Shown here: piece after piece, positions 11,944 to 22,266 of the stretch | Layout: the number at the start of each line of letters is the position of its first letter | How positions within the stretch are numbered: the first letter of the stretch is position 1 | Assembly: GCA_021780225.1 (NCBI GenBank) | Contig: JAJXZF010000040.1 | Location: 30,919-94,918, forward strand | DNA: 64,000 nucleotides | Origin: Deltaproteobacteria bacterium | GTDB taxonomy: Bacteria > Desulfobacterota > Binatia > Binatales > Binataceae | Reading direction: 5' to 3' | Translations under genes and position numbers: made by a program | Notes under the pieces: model-generated | Databases searched by the model: none | What the model saw: the letters and a program-made list of their open reading frames with translations, nothing else | What the model was told of the DNA's origin: nothing

Positions 11944-12747
11944 ATGATTCTCGATTGGATTTACAGCAATCCGACCTGGCTATGGGGTTCGATTGTGGTC
12001 GCGACGTTTGTCAGCGCGGCCTGCGCCGGACTGTTCGCCTTCGATCGGCTGGTGCATGTCGAAGTCCGCCGCACGCATAACGAGCTGGCCGGCTTCACGA
12101 TCGCGGTGATTAGCGTGACTTATGCGGTGCTGCTCGCGTTTATCGCGATCGCGACCTGGGATTCGTTCACCAGCGCCGGGCTGATCGTCGATCGCGAGGC
12201 GGATTACGTCGGCAGCATTTATCGCGATACGCAAGGCCTGCCGCCCGACATGGGCCACGCGATACGCGCCGATATGCGCGATTACGTACGGACGGTGATC
12301 GACAAGGAATGGCCAACGCAACAACTTGGCCAAACTCCGTGGCAGGCATGGGAGCCGCTGCGCAAGGTGCATTCGGCGATCGTCACGATGCAGCCGGCGA
12401 CCCGCGGCGAAGCGGTGATTCAGGCCGAGCTGTTAAAGACGCTCAACGACCTCTATCGGGCGCGGGCGAGCCGCCTCGCCGCCGTAACCGGCCATATTCC
12501 CGGCGTAATTTGGTGGATTATCCTGATCGGCGGCGGCATCACGACCGGATACACCTATCTGTTCGGCTTTCACGACTTTCGGATGCATCTGGCGATGACG
12601 GCGGCGGTCTCGACCTCGCTGGCGCTGGTGATCGTGCTGATTATCGCGCTCGACTGGCCGTTCCGCGGCTCCGTCAGCATTTCGCCGGACGCTTTCGTCA
12701 AAACCCAGCAATCGTGGCAGGACCTTCCCTATTCCGTCGGCAATTAG
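11944..12747 (+). CDS. hypothetical membrane protein (two N-terminal and two C-terminal TM helices, DUF4239-like topology)
   Basis: Start ATG 11944 (MILDWIY) preferred over the track start. TM helices at both ends flank a soluble middle domain. Confidence 0.5.
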   Translation: MILDWIYSNPTWLWGSIVVATFVSAACAGLFAFDRLVHVEVRRTHNELAGFTIAVISVTYAVLLAFIAIATWDSFTSAGLIVDREADYVGSIYRDTQGLPPDMGHAIRADMRDYVRTVIDKEWPTQQLGQTPWQAWEPLRKVHSAIVTMQPATRGEAVIQAELLKTLNDLYRARASRLAAVTGHIPGVIWWIILIGGGITTGYTYLFGFHDFRMHLAMTAAVSTSLALVIVLIIALDWPFRGSVSISPDAFVKTQQSWQDLPYSVGN

Positions 12748-12785
12748 GGCGCCGCGCCCGGCGATGCGAACGATAGCGGCGCGCC

Positions 12786-14360
12786 TCACGGGGCCGTATT
12801 GAAATCGTTGAGCAACAGCACGGTCAGGAACGGCAGTTCGGTCGTATGGTCGATCGGTCCCGGACTGCCGAGCGGAGCGGCCAGAAAGTTGGCGTTCGGC
12901 ACCAGCGTCTCCGCGTACGAACCGTGCGGACGATTCTTGATAAAGTACGCGTACGCGACGTCGGTATTCTTGCGCGTCACCACCGAATCCTGCTCCAGCG
13001 ACACCAGATCGAGCGGAAACCGCGGTACAAACTCATAGGTGTCGGCGGTGACGAGTTGATGGTAAAGCGGATTCGTCTCGTCGTGCTGCATCAGTTCCTG
13101 CGCGTAGGTGGCCGTCAACAGCGGCGTAACCGCGTTGCTGGCCACGCTCCAGCCGGTCAATTGAGCGAGCGCATAGGTCAGGAACAGCACTTGACTGTCG
13201 TAACCCGAGGATTGCGGCGCCGTGAAGTACAATCCATCGAGGGTGTTCGACGGACCGCACGGCGAATTCGCCGGACAGTTATAGAAGTTCGCCGCCAAAA
13301 TATCGGTCGGCGCGATTCCGGAGTAATTCGCGAAACTGAGCACGAGATAGGCGCTCAGGTAGGGCTTGCTGAGCGCCGAGACCGTCGGATCGAGGGAATA
13401 CCAATTGTTGTTGGTCGAAGAGATATTGTCGAACAGGTACGGCAGCCCCGTGCCCGATAGATCGAAGAAGCCCGACATCGGCGCGTCCTCGCGCAGCGTG
13501 AATCCGAGGGTCGATCCATAGGCCGGATTGCTTTGCATCAGATGCGCCGCTTCGAGCGCATACGCCCCGCCCTCGGAATAGCCCGTAATAAACAGCGGGA
13601 GGCGCCCATCGATCAGATTATTCCGCATTAGATATGTGCGCGCGGCTTTGAGCATCGCGAGACCGCTCTGCGCGTTTTCGCGCGGATAGACGACGTAAGG
13701 ATGCACATGCGTCACGTCATCGCCCAACCCGACATAGTCCGGCATCACGACGACATAGCCCTGCGACGCCCATACCGCGGCGAGCAGGATCCCGTCGGTG
13801 TAACTTGAAACGTTGGTGATCGCGGTGAAGTTCGACGGCACGTTGGTGCGCTGCACGGTCGTGCCGTGAAAATAGAGAATCACGCCCTTTATTTGGCTTG
13901 GCGAAAGCTCGGGAATCGCGATTCCGCCCGAGACCGTGACGGGAGTATGGTCGGCGTTGACTGCGCCGTAATCGATTTTCACGGCATCGACGTTCGCGAT
14001 ACCGAGGGGATTGTCGCCAATCGGATCCGCGGCAAGGTCGAAGTTGCCGAACTCGGGCGTATTGAGATCGGCGATATTGATCGCGCAATTCGCCTGACTG
14101 AGACCTGCGCAAATCAAATTGCTGTAGAAAGCGTCTAGCCCGGTCACCGAATTGGTCGAGGCGGTTGGATAGGTCGTCACGAGTTCGGAGTTGACGAGCC
14201 GGCCTTCGCCTTTCGCGCTGTTGAACGGCGACGAAGCCGCCGCCGGCGTTGGACCGGAGGAATCGGCGCCGCAGGCCGCCAGCACAAACGTCATCGCCGC
14301 CAATATCAGCGGAAAGGCGAGCCTTTTCGCCAGGTTTGCACACTGAACCGCAAATTTCAT
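12786..14360 (-). CDS. secreted lipoprotein, alpha/beta-hydrolase of the secretory-lipase (LIP) family
   Basis: Signal peptide plus lipobox (LAAC). Nucleophile elbow GYSEGG matches the LIP-family GYSQGG consensus; 524 aa. Confidence 0.65.
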   Translation of the reverse strand: MKFAVQCANLAKRLAFPLILAAMTFVLAACGADSSGPTPAAASSPFNSAKGEGRLVNSELVTTYPTASTNSVTGLDAFYSNLICAGLSQANCAINIADLNTPEFGNFDLAADPIGDNPLGIANVDAVKIDYGAVNADHTPVTVSGGIAIPELSPSQIKGVILYFHGTTVQRTNVPSNFTAITNVSSYTDGILLAAVWASQGYVVVMPDYVGLGDDVTHVHPYVVYPRENAQSGLAMLKAARTYLMRNNLIDGRLPLFITGYSEGGAYALEAAHLMQSNPAYGSTLGFTLREDAPMSGFFDLSGTGLPYLFDNISSTNNNWYSLDPTVSALSKPYLSAYLVLSFANYSGIAPTDILAANFYNCPANSPCGPSNTLDGLYFTAPQSSGYDSQVLFLTYALAQLTGWSVASNAVTPLLTATYAQELMQHDETNPLYHQLVTADTYEFVPRFPLDLVSLEQDSVVTRKNTDVAYAYFIKNRPHGSYAETLVPNANFLAAPLGSPGPIDHTTELPFLTVLLLNDFNTAP

Positions 14361-14732
14361 AGTCGCTCCTCCCCCACACCAGGGCGCGATATCGCGATCG
14401 GTGGCATTACCCGAGAGTCGATCGCGCTGGACGCGCGCCGCCGCGCCGCCAATTGAAGGCGCGTGAATTTCACTGAAAAATTTTCAGGCGATCAGACGAA
14501 TTTCTTCGCGGACGCGCAGGCGATCCAGACCTGTCCCCCGGTTCCTCCAATCCGTTTGGCGCGGCTGGATGCTCATTTGCGCCGCGCCGCCAAGCTTGTC
14601 AACCGCGAATTAATGACTCATTCGCAGTATCGAATGACATTTAAACGAATTATTATTCGCTCGCAAGAACGGATGGCGCTGAACCTGTGAAATTATAAGC
14701 GAATGGCTGGAATAGCGATCGGCGAGCGGACG

Positions 14733-14764
14733 CCGCGCGGAGATTTCGTCAATCTCCCGCGCGG
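14733..14764 (-). terminator. bulged GC-rich hairpin downstream of the Spy-like gene (terminator candidate without a U-tract)
   Basis: CGCCGCGCGGAGAT-ttcgtca-ATCTCC(C)GCGCGGCG, about 40 nt after the stop at 14802. Confidence 0.3.
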
Positions 14765-14801
14765 CGCCGGGCGGCGATGGGTGATTTGAGTTGTTTAGGA
14801 G

Positions 14802-15299
14802 TTATTCAGCGACCTGGGGCGATGATTGCGCATTGGACGAGCGCGCGCCAGCCGCTTGCGCGCGCGCCTGCTGAAAATAGCCGTGGACCTGCTTGTGGGT
14901 ATTCTCAAGCTCGGTCAAAAGCTGCGTCGCCGCCGCGCGCTGCGAACTGTCGAGCAGCGCGGCGACCTGCTGCGCCACGCCGATTTTCTCCTCTGTCAGC
15001 GTTTTCCGCGCCGTTTCCAGATTCTGTTCCGCCGTCGTCACGTCGCCGCCGGAAATCAGCGCCTGCGCCAGGGCTTCGCGGGCGGCGCGAACATTCTGGA
15101 AATCGGCCTTCAAAGCCGGACGGGCGGATTGGTAAATCCGCTTAACCTGCGCCTTTTGATCGGGCTGGAGCACCGTCCAGACCACCTTCATGCCGGGCGT
15201 CCGGGAGCCATGATGGCCGGGATATGCAAACGCCGCCGTGGCGCTAATTCCGAGCGCGAGCGCAACGCCCGCAACCGCCGGCCATGTTTTAAATTTCAT
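14802..15299 (-). CDS. periplasmic Spy/CpxP-family (LTxxQ-motif) protein
   Basis: Signal peptide (MKFKTWPAVAGVALALGISATAAFA). Helical, Q/A-rich, with LxxxQ repeats (LQPDQK, LDSSQR). Confidence 0.5.
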   Translation of the reverse strand: MKFKTWPAVAGVALALGISATAAFAYPGHHGSRTPGMKVVWTVLQPDQKAQVKRIYQSARPALKADFQNVRAAREALAQALISGGDVTTAEQNLETARKTLTEEKIGVAQQVAALLDSSQRAAATQLLTELENTHKQVHGYFQQARAQAAGARSSNAQSSPQVAE

Positions 15300-15437
15300 A
15301 CTAACCTCCTGCGCTGGCGGGCGTCACGGTTTCCGACGGCGCGATCGATCCGCGCTCGTCTTTAGAAATCCTGCCCGCTCTTCGTAAGATCAGACGATTG
15401 GACGAACCGGCTGGTTATCACCGGCGCGCGTTCGCGG

Positions 15438-15929
15438 TCAGTTGCCCGGCGGAGGCGATGGCTTGGGCAGATTGAAATTTTCGGGATTCGGCGGGGCCGG
15501 CGGCGGTTTGCGAATAATCTCGACCTCGTTCGACGGCAGGCTGCGATATCCGTCGCGAGTTTCGGAAATCACCGCGTATCGATAACGCTTGCCCAGCTTG
15601 GTTTCGCTGTCGAGATAATTGAATTCCCGCTGGAGCTGAAACCGCTGTTGATCGGTAACGGGAATTTCGACCAGCGCCTTCATCTGGCCGTCGCCCTCGC
15701 CGCGCAGAATCACGAAGTCATTGAGATCGCGCATCGCGTGCCCGCCGGTGTAACGCGTCGGACGTCCCCAGGACAAGTCGATCCCGCCGGCCGCCACGCT
15801 GGCGCGCAGATTGAGAATTCGCTCCGGCCGCGCCATCTCCGGCGGCATCGGCGCGCTCTTCACGCCGCATCCGGCGGCGACGGCGATCGCGAGCGTGAAA
15901 ATCGATTTGCGGAAAATTCCGATCGTCAT
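15438..15929 (-). CDS. hypothetical lipoprotein
   Basis: Lipobox AAGC after the signal peptide and a Pro-rich C-terminus. The ATG overlaps the argH stop (ATGA). Confidence 0.5.
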   Translation of the reverse strand: MTIGIFRKSIFTLAIAVAAGCGVKSAPMPPEMARPERILNLRASVAAGGIDLSWGRPTRYTGGHAMRDLNDFVILRGEGDGQMKALVEIPVTDQQRFQLQREFNYLDSETKLGKRYRYAVISETRDGYRSLPSNEVEIIRKPPPAPPNPENFNLPKPSPPPGN

Positions 15930-17368
15930 CGCGATCGTTTCCTTGCGCGCCCAGGTTTCGGCGCGGCGGCGAGCCTCGCGATGCGCGCGCGGACGGTTTT
16001 GGGCGCGGGACCGCCCGGCAGCGCGCGCGCCGCGACCGAACCGCCGGCGTCAAGCGTGGTGAGCGCGTCGGGACCGAATTTCGCCGAGTATCGGCGCAGC
16101 TCATCGAGGGTCAGATCTTCCAGCGCTTTGCCGGCCGCCGCGGTCTCGCGCACCAGCGCGCCAATCGCTTCGTGCGCCTCGCGAAAAGCCACGCCGCGGG
16201 CGACAAGGTATTCCGCAAGATCCGTCGCGAGCGCGAAACCGCCCGCCGCGGCGCGCATCACGGGCGGCTTGAAGCCGAGCCGCGGCCAGAATTGCGCCAG
16301 CAAATCGAGCGCCGGCTTGAGCGTGTCGAGCGCGTCGAAAACCCGCTCCTTGTCTTCCTGCAAATCGGAATTGTAGGCGAGCGGAAGGCCTTTCAACGCG
16401 ATCAAAAGCGCCGTCAAATCGCCGATCACGCGGCCGGTCTTGCCGCGAATCAGTTCGAGCAGGTCGGGGTTCTTCTTCTGCGGCATCATCGAGCTGCCGG
16501 TCGAAAATTCGTCGGGCAGCTCGGCGAAGCCGAATTCGGCGCTGGTCCAGAGAATGATCTCCTCGGCCATCCGCGACAGATGCACCGCAAGCAGGGCGCA
16601 TGCGGCAAGGAAATCGACCGCGAAATCACGATCGGAAACCGCGTCGATGCTGTTCTCCGCGATACGGGCGAAACCCAGCTCCCGCGCGACCATCGCGCGA
16701 TCGATCGGCAGCGTCGTGCCGGCAAGCGCGCCGGCCCCGAGCGGCATCACGTCGGCGCGGGCGCGCGCCTGCGCGAAACGCTCGTCATCCCGCTCGAACA
16801 TCGCGACGTAAGCGAGCAGATGATGCGCCAGCGTCACAGGCTGGGCGCGTTGCAGATGCGTATAGCCGGGCATCACCGTTTCGACGTGATCGCCGGCGAC
16901 GCCGAGCAGGGCCGAGCGCAGGCCGCCCAGCAGCGCGCGCAGCGCGTCGATCTCTTCGCGCAGGAACAGCCGGAAATCGAGCGCCACCTGATCGTTGCGC
17001 GAGCGCGCGGTATGGAGCTTGCGGCCGGGCGCGCCCGCCAGTTCGGTCAGCCGCCGCTCGACCGCGAGATGAATATCCTCGTCGGCGACGGCGAAACGGA
17101 ATTCGCCGGCTTCGATTTCCGCCCGAATTCGATTCAGCCCCGAAACGATAGCGCGCGCCTCCGACGGTTTCAGCAAACCGGCCTTCGCCAGCATCTGCGC
17201 GTGCGCGATAGAGCCGCGGATATCGTGCGCGTACAGGCGGCGATCGAACGGCAGCGACGCGGTAAACGCCTCGACCGCCGGCAGGCGCGGACGTTTGAAC
17301 CGGCCGCGAATCAAGTTCGCGGCTTCCGCTGCCGTCGGGGATGGTTCGGTAGGTCGGCGCCGGCTCAT
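15926..17368 (-). CDS. argH: argininosuccinate lyase
   Basis: Start ATG 17368 (MSRRRP...). Fumarate-lyase family signature GSSMMPQKKNPD. Confidence 0.9.
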   Translation of the reverse strand: MSRRRPTEPSPTAAEAANLIRGRFKRPRLPAVEAFTASLPFDRRLYAHDIRGSIAHAQMLAKAGLLKPSEARAIVSGLNRIRAEIEAGEFRFAVADEDIHLAVERRLTELAGAPGRKLHTARSRNDQVALDFRLFLREEIDALRALLGGLRSALLGVAGDHVETVMPGYTHLQRAQPVTLAHHLLAYVAMFERDDERFAQARARADVMPLGAGALAGTTLPIDRAMVARELGFARIAENSIDAVSDRDFAVDFLAACALLAVHLSRMAEEIILWTSAEFGFAELPDEFSTGSSMMPQKKNPDLLELIRGKTGRVIGDLTALLIALKGLPLAYNSDLQEDKERVFDALDTLKPALDLLAQFWPRLGFKPPVMRAAAGGFALATDLAEYLVARGVAFREAHEAIGALVRETAAAGKALEDLTLDELRRYSAKFGPDALTTLDAGGSVAARALPGGPAPKTVRARIARLAAAPKPGRARKRSR

Positions 17369-17440
17369 CGGTGACGAGAAGAAATTGCCGGAACGCGCGC
17401 ACGTCCACAAGCGGGCGAACGCGATTTCACGCGCGCGGAC

Positions 17441-17617
17441 TCATCGCGGCGAATTCGATCGGCACAGGCACCCGCGCGCCGCGCAGCTCATCGCGCCATT
17501 GGGATGGGTGACGTGAACGTCCATCTTGTGGCCGCACTTCGGACATTCTCCGGTCCGCACGCGCGGAACGAGCTTGGGGGCGGGGCGCGGCGGCTTGAAT
17601 TGGATTACCTTACCCAT
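17441..17617 (-). CDS. small zinc-ribbon protein (58 aa) embedded between argG and argH
   Basis: CPKCGH...C...GC four-Cys arrangement. High GC3, consistent with coding. Start ATG 17617 (MGKVIQF). Confidence 0.4.
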   Translation of the reverse strand: MGKVIQFKPPRPAPKLVPRVRTGECPKCGHKMDVHVTHPNGAMSCAARGCLCRSNSPR

Positions 17618-17649
17618 GGCCCGTTCCGTTCGTATCCGGCGCAAATCCG

Positions 17650-18879
17650 CTAGCTGCCGCGCCGCTGATTCGCCTCCAACCGCGCCAACGCTTTGAGACG
17701 CAATGCGCCAAGGCGGATAAAACCCTCCGCGTCGGCCTGATTATAACCGCCCGCTTCCTCGAAGCTCGCGATCGCCGGATCGTAAAGAGAATTTGGCGAC
17801 TTGCGGCCGGCGATCCAGACGCCGCCCTTGAACAGCTTAAGCCGCGCCACGCCGCTCACGTTGCGTTGGCCCTCATCGATCAGGGCTTGGAGAGCCTCGC
17901 GCTCCGGCGCAAACCAATGACCGTTATAGACCATTTCGGCATAGCGAGGCGCCAGGCCATCCCGAAGATGCATCACTTCGCGATCGAGCGCCAACTGTTC
18001 GACCGCACGATGACCGTGCATCAGCATCGTCACGCCGGGACTTTCATAGACGCCCCGCGACTTGATGCCGACGTAGCGATTCTCCACCAAATCGACCCGG
18101 CCGACACCGTGACGTCCGCCGATTTGATTCGCGCGTTCGATAATCGCGGCCGGGCCCAGCCGTTCGCCGCCAATCGCGACCGGATTGCCGGCGGCGTACT
18201 CGATTTCGACATATTCGGGATGGTCGGGCGCTTTTTCGGGCGCGACGGTCAGGCGAAACATGTCTTCGTACGGCTCGCGCCATGGATCCTCGAGGATTCC
18301 ACCTTCGTAGCTGATATGCACAAGATTGCGGTCCATCGAGTAGGGTTTTTCGGCGGTGACGGGCACCGGGATGCGCTTCTCGCCGGCGTAAGCGAGCATA
18401 TCCGCGCGGCCTTTGAACGGCCAGTCCGGATTCCGCCACGGCGCTATTACCTTCAGTTCCGGGCCAAGACGCGCGAACGTAAGCTCGAACCGCACCTGAT
18501 CGTTGCCCTTGCCCGTGGCGCCGTGAGCGACCGCGTCCGCGCCTTCGCGGCGCGCGATTTCGACCTGTTTGCGCGCGATTACCGGCCGCGCGATCGATGT
18601 GCCGAGCAGATAATAGCCTTCGTAAACCGCGTTCGCCCGCATCATCGGAAAAACGAAATCGCGGGCGAACTCTTCGCGCAAATCTTCGATATAGAGTTTG
18701 CTGGCGCCGGTGCCGAGCGCCTTGGCCTCAAGCCCTTCGGTTTCGTCGCCCTGACCGACCTCGGCGCAATAGGCGACCACTTCGCATCCGTAAAAATCCT
18801 TGATCCATCGAAGAATCACGGACGTATCGAGACCGCCCGAATAGGCCAGAACCACTTTGCGGATTGATTGCCTGGACAT
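17650..18879 (-). CDS. argG: argininosuccinate synthase
   Basis: 409 aa with the [11 protein letters not shown]-loop motif at the N-terminus. Confidence 0.92.
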   Translation of the reverse strand: MSRQSIRKVVLAYSGGLDTSVILRWIKDFYGCEVVAYCAEVGQGDETEGLEAKALGTGASKLYIEDLREEFARDFVFPMMRANAVYEGYYLLGTSIARPVIARKQVEIARREGADAVAHGATGKGNDQVRFELTFARLGPELKVIAPWRNPDWPFKGRADMLAYAGEKRIPVPVTAEKPYSMDRNLVHISYEGGILEDPWREPYEDMFRLTVAPEKAPDHPEYVEIEYAAGNPVAIGGERLGPAAIIERANQIGGRHGVGRVDLVENRYVGIKSRGVYESPGVTMLMHGHRAVEQLALDREVMHLRDGLAPRYAEMVYNGHWFAPEREALQALIDEGQRNVSGVARLKLFKGGVWIAGRKSPNSLYDPAIASFEEAGGYNQADAEGFIRLGALRLKALARLEANQRRGS

Positions 18880-18890
18880 GAAAAAATCTT

Positions 18891-19910
18891 CTACAAATCC
18901 TCGTTCGCCACTGGCCCCTGATGGGCAAGAATTTCCGGGCGCAACAGCCAGACCATCACGGCTTTCTGCGCATGCAGCCGATTTTCGGCCTGGTCGAGAA
19001 CCACCGATTGCGGTCCGTCGATCACCTCGTCGGTAATTTCCTCGCCGCGATGCGCGGGCAGGCAGTGCATCACGATCGCCTCCGGCCGCGCATGCTTCAT
19101 CAGGTCCCGATTAACCTGAAATTCCTTGAAGTCGCGCCGGCGTTTTGCGGCTTCGCGCTCCTGACCCATCGACGTCCACGTATCCGTATATACCACGTCG
19201 GCGTCGCGGACGGCGGCGGCCGCGTCGCGGGTCAGCAATCCGCCGCGCAAACCGCCAAGGAGATCGCGGAACTCCTTTCCCGGCTCATAGCCGGCGGGAC
19301 AGGCCAGGCGCAGCTCGAATTGCGCGAGCGCGGCCGCCTCGATCCAGCTATTGGCGAGGTTAAAGCCGTCGCCGACGAAAGCGACTTTGAGTTTGCGCAA
19401 CCCGCCAAAACGCTCGCGCAACGTCAACAGATCGGCCAGCAACTGGCATGGATGCAGCATGTCGGTGAGGCCGTTGATCACCGGAACGGCGGCCTCGCGC
19501 GCCAGTTCCGCACAGATGGCGTGCGCAAAGGTGCGAATCATGATCAGGTCGACCCAGCGCGAAAGATTACGCGCGACGTCCTTGGCCGATTCCCGCTCGC
19601 CGATGCCGATATCCTGCGGCGCCAGATAGATCGCGTGGCCGCCCAACTGCGCCATCCCGGTTTCAAAAGTAATCCGCGTGCGCAACGACGGCTTCTGGAA
19701 GATCATCGCCAGCGTGCGCCCGCGCAGGTACGGATGCTCGAGGCCGCTTTTGAGCTCCGCCTTCAAGCGCGCGGCAAGCCGCAGCAGACCGCCGAGCTCG
19801 GACGCCGAGAGCGCGCTTAACTCCAGGAAGTCGCGTTTGATCGCGAGGTTTTCCGGGCGCGCCGGCGGAACGCCGCGCTTGTTTTGAATCGCTCGCCCCA
19901 CGTCAGCCAT
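18891..19910 (-). CDS. argF: ornithine carbamoyltransferase
   Basis: SLRTR carbamoyl-phosphate motif and HCLP ornithine-binding motif; lies within the arg cluster. Confidence 0.88.
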   Translation of the reverse strand: MADVGRAIQNKRGVPPARPENLAIKRDFLELSALSASELGGLLRLAARLKAELKSGLEHPYLRGRTLAMIFQKPSLRTRITFETGMAQLGGHAIYLAPQDIGIGERESAKDVARNLSRWVDLIMIRTFAHAICAELAREAAVPVINGLTDMLHPCQLLADLLTLRERFGGLRKLKVAFVGDGFNLANSWIEAAALAQFELRLACPAGYEPGKEFRDLLGGLRGGLLTRDAAAAVRDADVVYTDTWTSMGQEREAAKRRRDFKEFQVNRDLMKHARPEAIVMHCLPAHRGEEITDEVIDGPQSVVLDQAENRLHAQKAVMVWLLRPEILAHQGPVANEDL

Positions 19911-19937
19911 CCGTTGCCGTCCGCGATCGCCGGCGCG

Positions 19938-21146
19938 TCACGCCGAAGCCGCCGCCTTGCGGAGCGCGCGCTCAATAATTTCGAGTCCCGTGTCGGCCTC
20001 TTCGCGCGTGAGGTTGAGCGGCGGCAGCAGCCGCAGGACGGTGTCGGCCGTGCCGTTCACGAGCAGCTTGTCGGCGAGGCAGCTATCGACCACGGCTTTC
20101 GCCGAATGGCTCAGCGCCACGCCGATGATCATCCCCTGCCCGCGGACTTCCCGAACGTTGGGGCAGCTTTTCGCGATTTCGCGCAAACGCCCGGCAAGGT
20201 AGCCGCCGACCTCGGCGGCGTTGGCGATTACGCGATCCTGCTCGAGCGCGTCAATCACCGCGAGCGCGGCGGCGCAGGCGATCGGATTTCCACCGAAGGT
20301 CGAACCATGCGTGCCGGGCGTCATCACCGATGCGATTTCCGCCCGCGCGACCATCGCGCCGATCGGCAGTCCGCCGCCGAGCGCCTTGGCGAGCGTGATA
20401 ATGTCTGGTTTGACGCCGGCCTGCTGATACCCGAACATCTTGCCGGTGCGGCCCATTCCGACCTGGACTTCGTCGGCAATCAACAAAATGCCCGACCGAT
20501 CGCAAAGGTCGCGCAGCCGTCCCAGATAGTCCGCGGCCGGCGTGACCACTCCGCCTTCGCCCTGAATCGGTTCGACCATCACCGCCGCCGTCCGCGGCGA
20601 AATCGCCCGCTCGATCGCGCCGACATCGTTGTAGGGCACGAGCTTGAAACCGGGCACGAGCGGCTGAAACCCCTGATGGTATTTCTCCTGGCCCGTGGCG
20701 CTGAGCGTGCCGAGCGTGCGGCCATGAAAGGAACCCAGCGTCGAGACGATCTCGAACCGGCCCGAGCCGTGGCCCCATCGCCGTGCGACTTTGATCGCGG
20801 CCTCGTTCGCTTCGGCGCCGGAATTGGCGAAAAAAACCCGTCCGTCGCCGAACAGCGTCGAAAGCTTCTCCGCCAGCCGCGCCATCGGCTCGGTATGGAA
20901 AACGTTTGAGACGTGGGTCAGCTTGTCGGCCTGCTCCTTGATCGCGCGGACGACCCGCGGATGGCCGTGGCCGAGGCTGGTGACCGCGAGTCCGCAGAAA
21001 AAATCGAGATAGCGATTGCCGTCGGCGTCATAAAGATAGGCGCCGTGGCCGCGCACGAACGCGAGCGGCGTGCAGCCGTAAGTGTTGACCAGGTGGCGAT
21101 GGGCCAAATCGACAATTTCCGCGTTATTCATCGCAGTTCCTTTCAC
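19938..21146 (-). CDS. argD: acetylornithine aminotransferase
   Basis: 402 aa class-III PLP aminotransferase with conserved Lys context (TLAKALGGG). Confidence 0.88.
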   Translation of the reverse strand: MKGTAMNNAEIVDLAHRHLVNTYGCTPLAFVRGHGAYLYDADGNRYLDFFCGLAVTSLGHGHPRVVRAIKEQADKLTHVSNVFHTEPMARLAEKLSTLFGDGRVFFANSGAEANEAAIKVARRWGHGSGRFEIVSTLGSFHGRTLGTLSATGQEKYHQGFQPLVPGFKLVPYNDVGAIERAISPRTAAVMVEPIQGEGGVVTPAADYLGRLRDLCDRSGILLIADEVQVGMGRTGKMFGYQQAGVKPDIITLAKALGGGLPIGAMVARAEIASVMTPGTHGSTFGGNPIACAAALAVIDALEQDRVIANAAEVGGYLAGRLREIAKSCPNVREVRGQGMIIGVALSHSAKAVVDSCLADKLLVNGTADTVLRLLPPLNLTREEADTGLEIIERALRKAAASA

Positions 21147-21263
21147 TCAGCCGCCGAAGCTCTTTCACCGGCAAGTCCGCGCGGCGGCCGGCCGGAACGA
21201 CAAAACTGCGCCGTCGCCGCATGGTCGTCAAGCCGCCTGCGCTTGCGTAATCCGGCCGCGCCG

Positions 21264-22244
21264 TCAACGCCGGGCCGCCGCGCGGCGGATGCGCGGCGCG
21301 CGCGCGGCCGCCGGCCGGGTCACCACCTCGGTGCCGGCGCCGGCGTCAGTGAAGATCTCCAGCAGCACCGCGTGACGCAAACGCCCGTCGATAACGTGGG
21401 CCCGCCCGGCGCCCGCGGCCAGCGCCTTCAAGCAGCATTCGACCTTGGGGATCATCCCTTCGCCGATCGAGCCGTCGGCGATCATCCGGCGGGCGCGCGC
21501 CGCGTCGAGCGACGGAATCAGCGCGCCCTTGGCGTCGTTGACGCCTTCGACGTCGGTCAGCAGGATCAATTTTTCGGCCGCGAGCGCGCCGGCGATTTCG
21601 CCCGCCGCGACGTCGGCGTTGATATTATAGGTTTCGCCGTCGCGGCCGTGGCCGACCGGCGCGACCACCGGAATAAAGCCGGCTTCACGGAGCGTCGCCA
21701 GCACGGCGGGATTGACCTCCGCGACTTCGCCAACCAGACCGACGTCGACGTTGGTCGCGCGCCCGTTGCCGTCCTTCACGACCATCTTCAGCTTGCGCGC
21801 GATCAGCAGGTCGCCGTCCTTGCCGGAGATGCCGACGGCGCGGCCGCCCTTGCGCGAAATGAGCGCGACGATTTCCTTGTTGATCTTCTGCAGCACCATC
21901 TCGGCCGCGTCCATGGTCGCCGCGTCGGTCACGCGCATCCCGCGCACGAAGCTCGACTTGAGGCCGAGCCTGCCGATCATCTCGGTGATTTGCGGACCGC
22001 CGCCGTGAACGACGACGACGTTGATCCCGACCGCCCGCAGCAGGATTACGTCCTCGGCGAAGCCGGCGCGCAGCTCCGGCGTGAGCATCGCATGCCCGCC
22101 ATATTTGACGACGAAAGTTTTGCCGCGAAAACGCTGAATGTAGGGCAGCGCCTCGATAAGTACGTTGGCTTTGTCGATCAGGTTCTGCACTGGTCTGATG
22201 GCGTCCGCCGGTCTGGCGCCGGGTGCGCGCGCACGAGCCGGCAT
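21264..22244 (-). CDS. argB: acetylglutamate kinase
   Basis: AAK family (LIEALPYIQRFRGKTFVVKYGG). The start may be the in-frame GTG 18 codons downstream. Confidence 0.85.
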   Translation of the reverse strand: MPARARAPGARPADAIRPVQNLIDKANVLIEALPYIQRFRGKTFVVKYGGHAMLTPELRAGFAEDVILLRAVGINVVVVHGGGPQITEMIGRLGLKSSFVRGMRVTDAATMDAAEMVLQKINKEIVALISRKGGRAVGISGKDGDLLIARKLKMVVKDGNGRATNVDVGLVGEVAEVNPAVLATLREAGFIPVVAPVGHGRDGETYNINADVAAGEIAGALAAEKLILLTDVEGVNDAKGALIPSLDAARARRMIADGSIGEGMIPKVECCLKALAAGAGRAHVIDGRLRHAVLLEIFTDAGAGTEVVTRPAAARAPRIRRAAARR

Positions 22245-22266
22245 GCGCCCCCGGATTATCGTCTCC

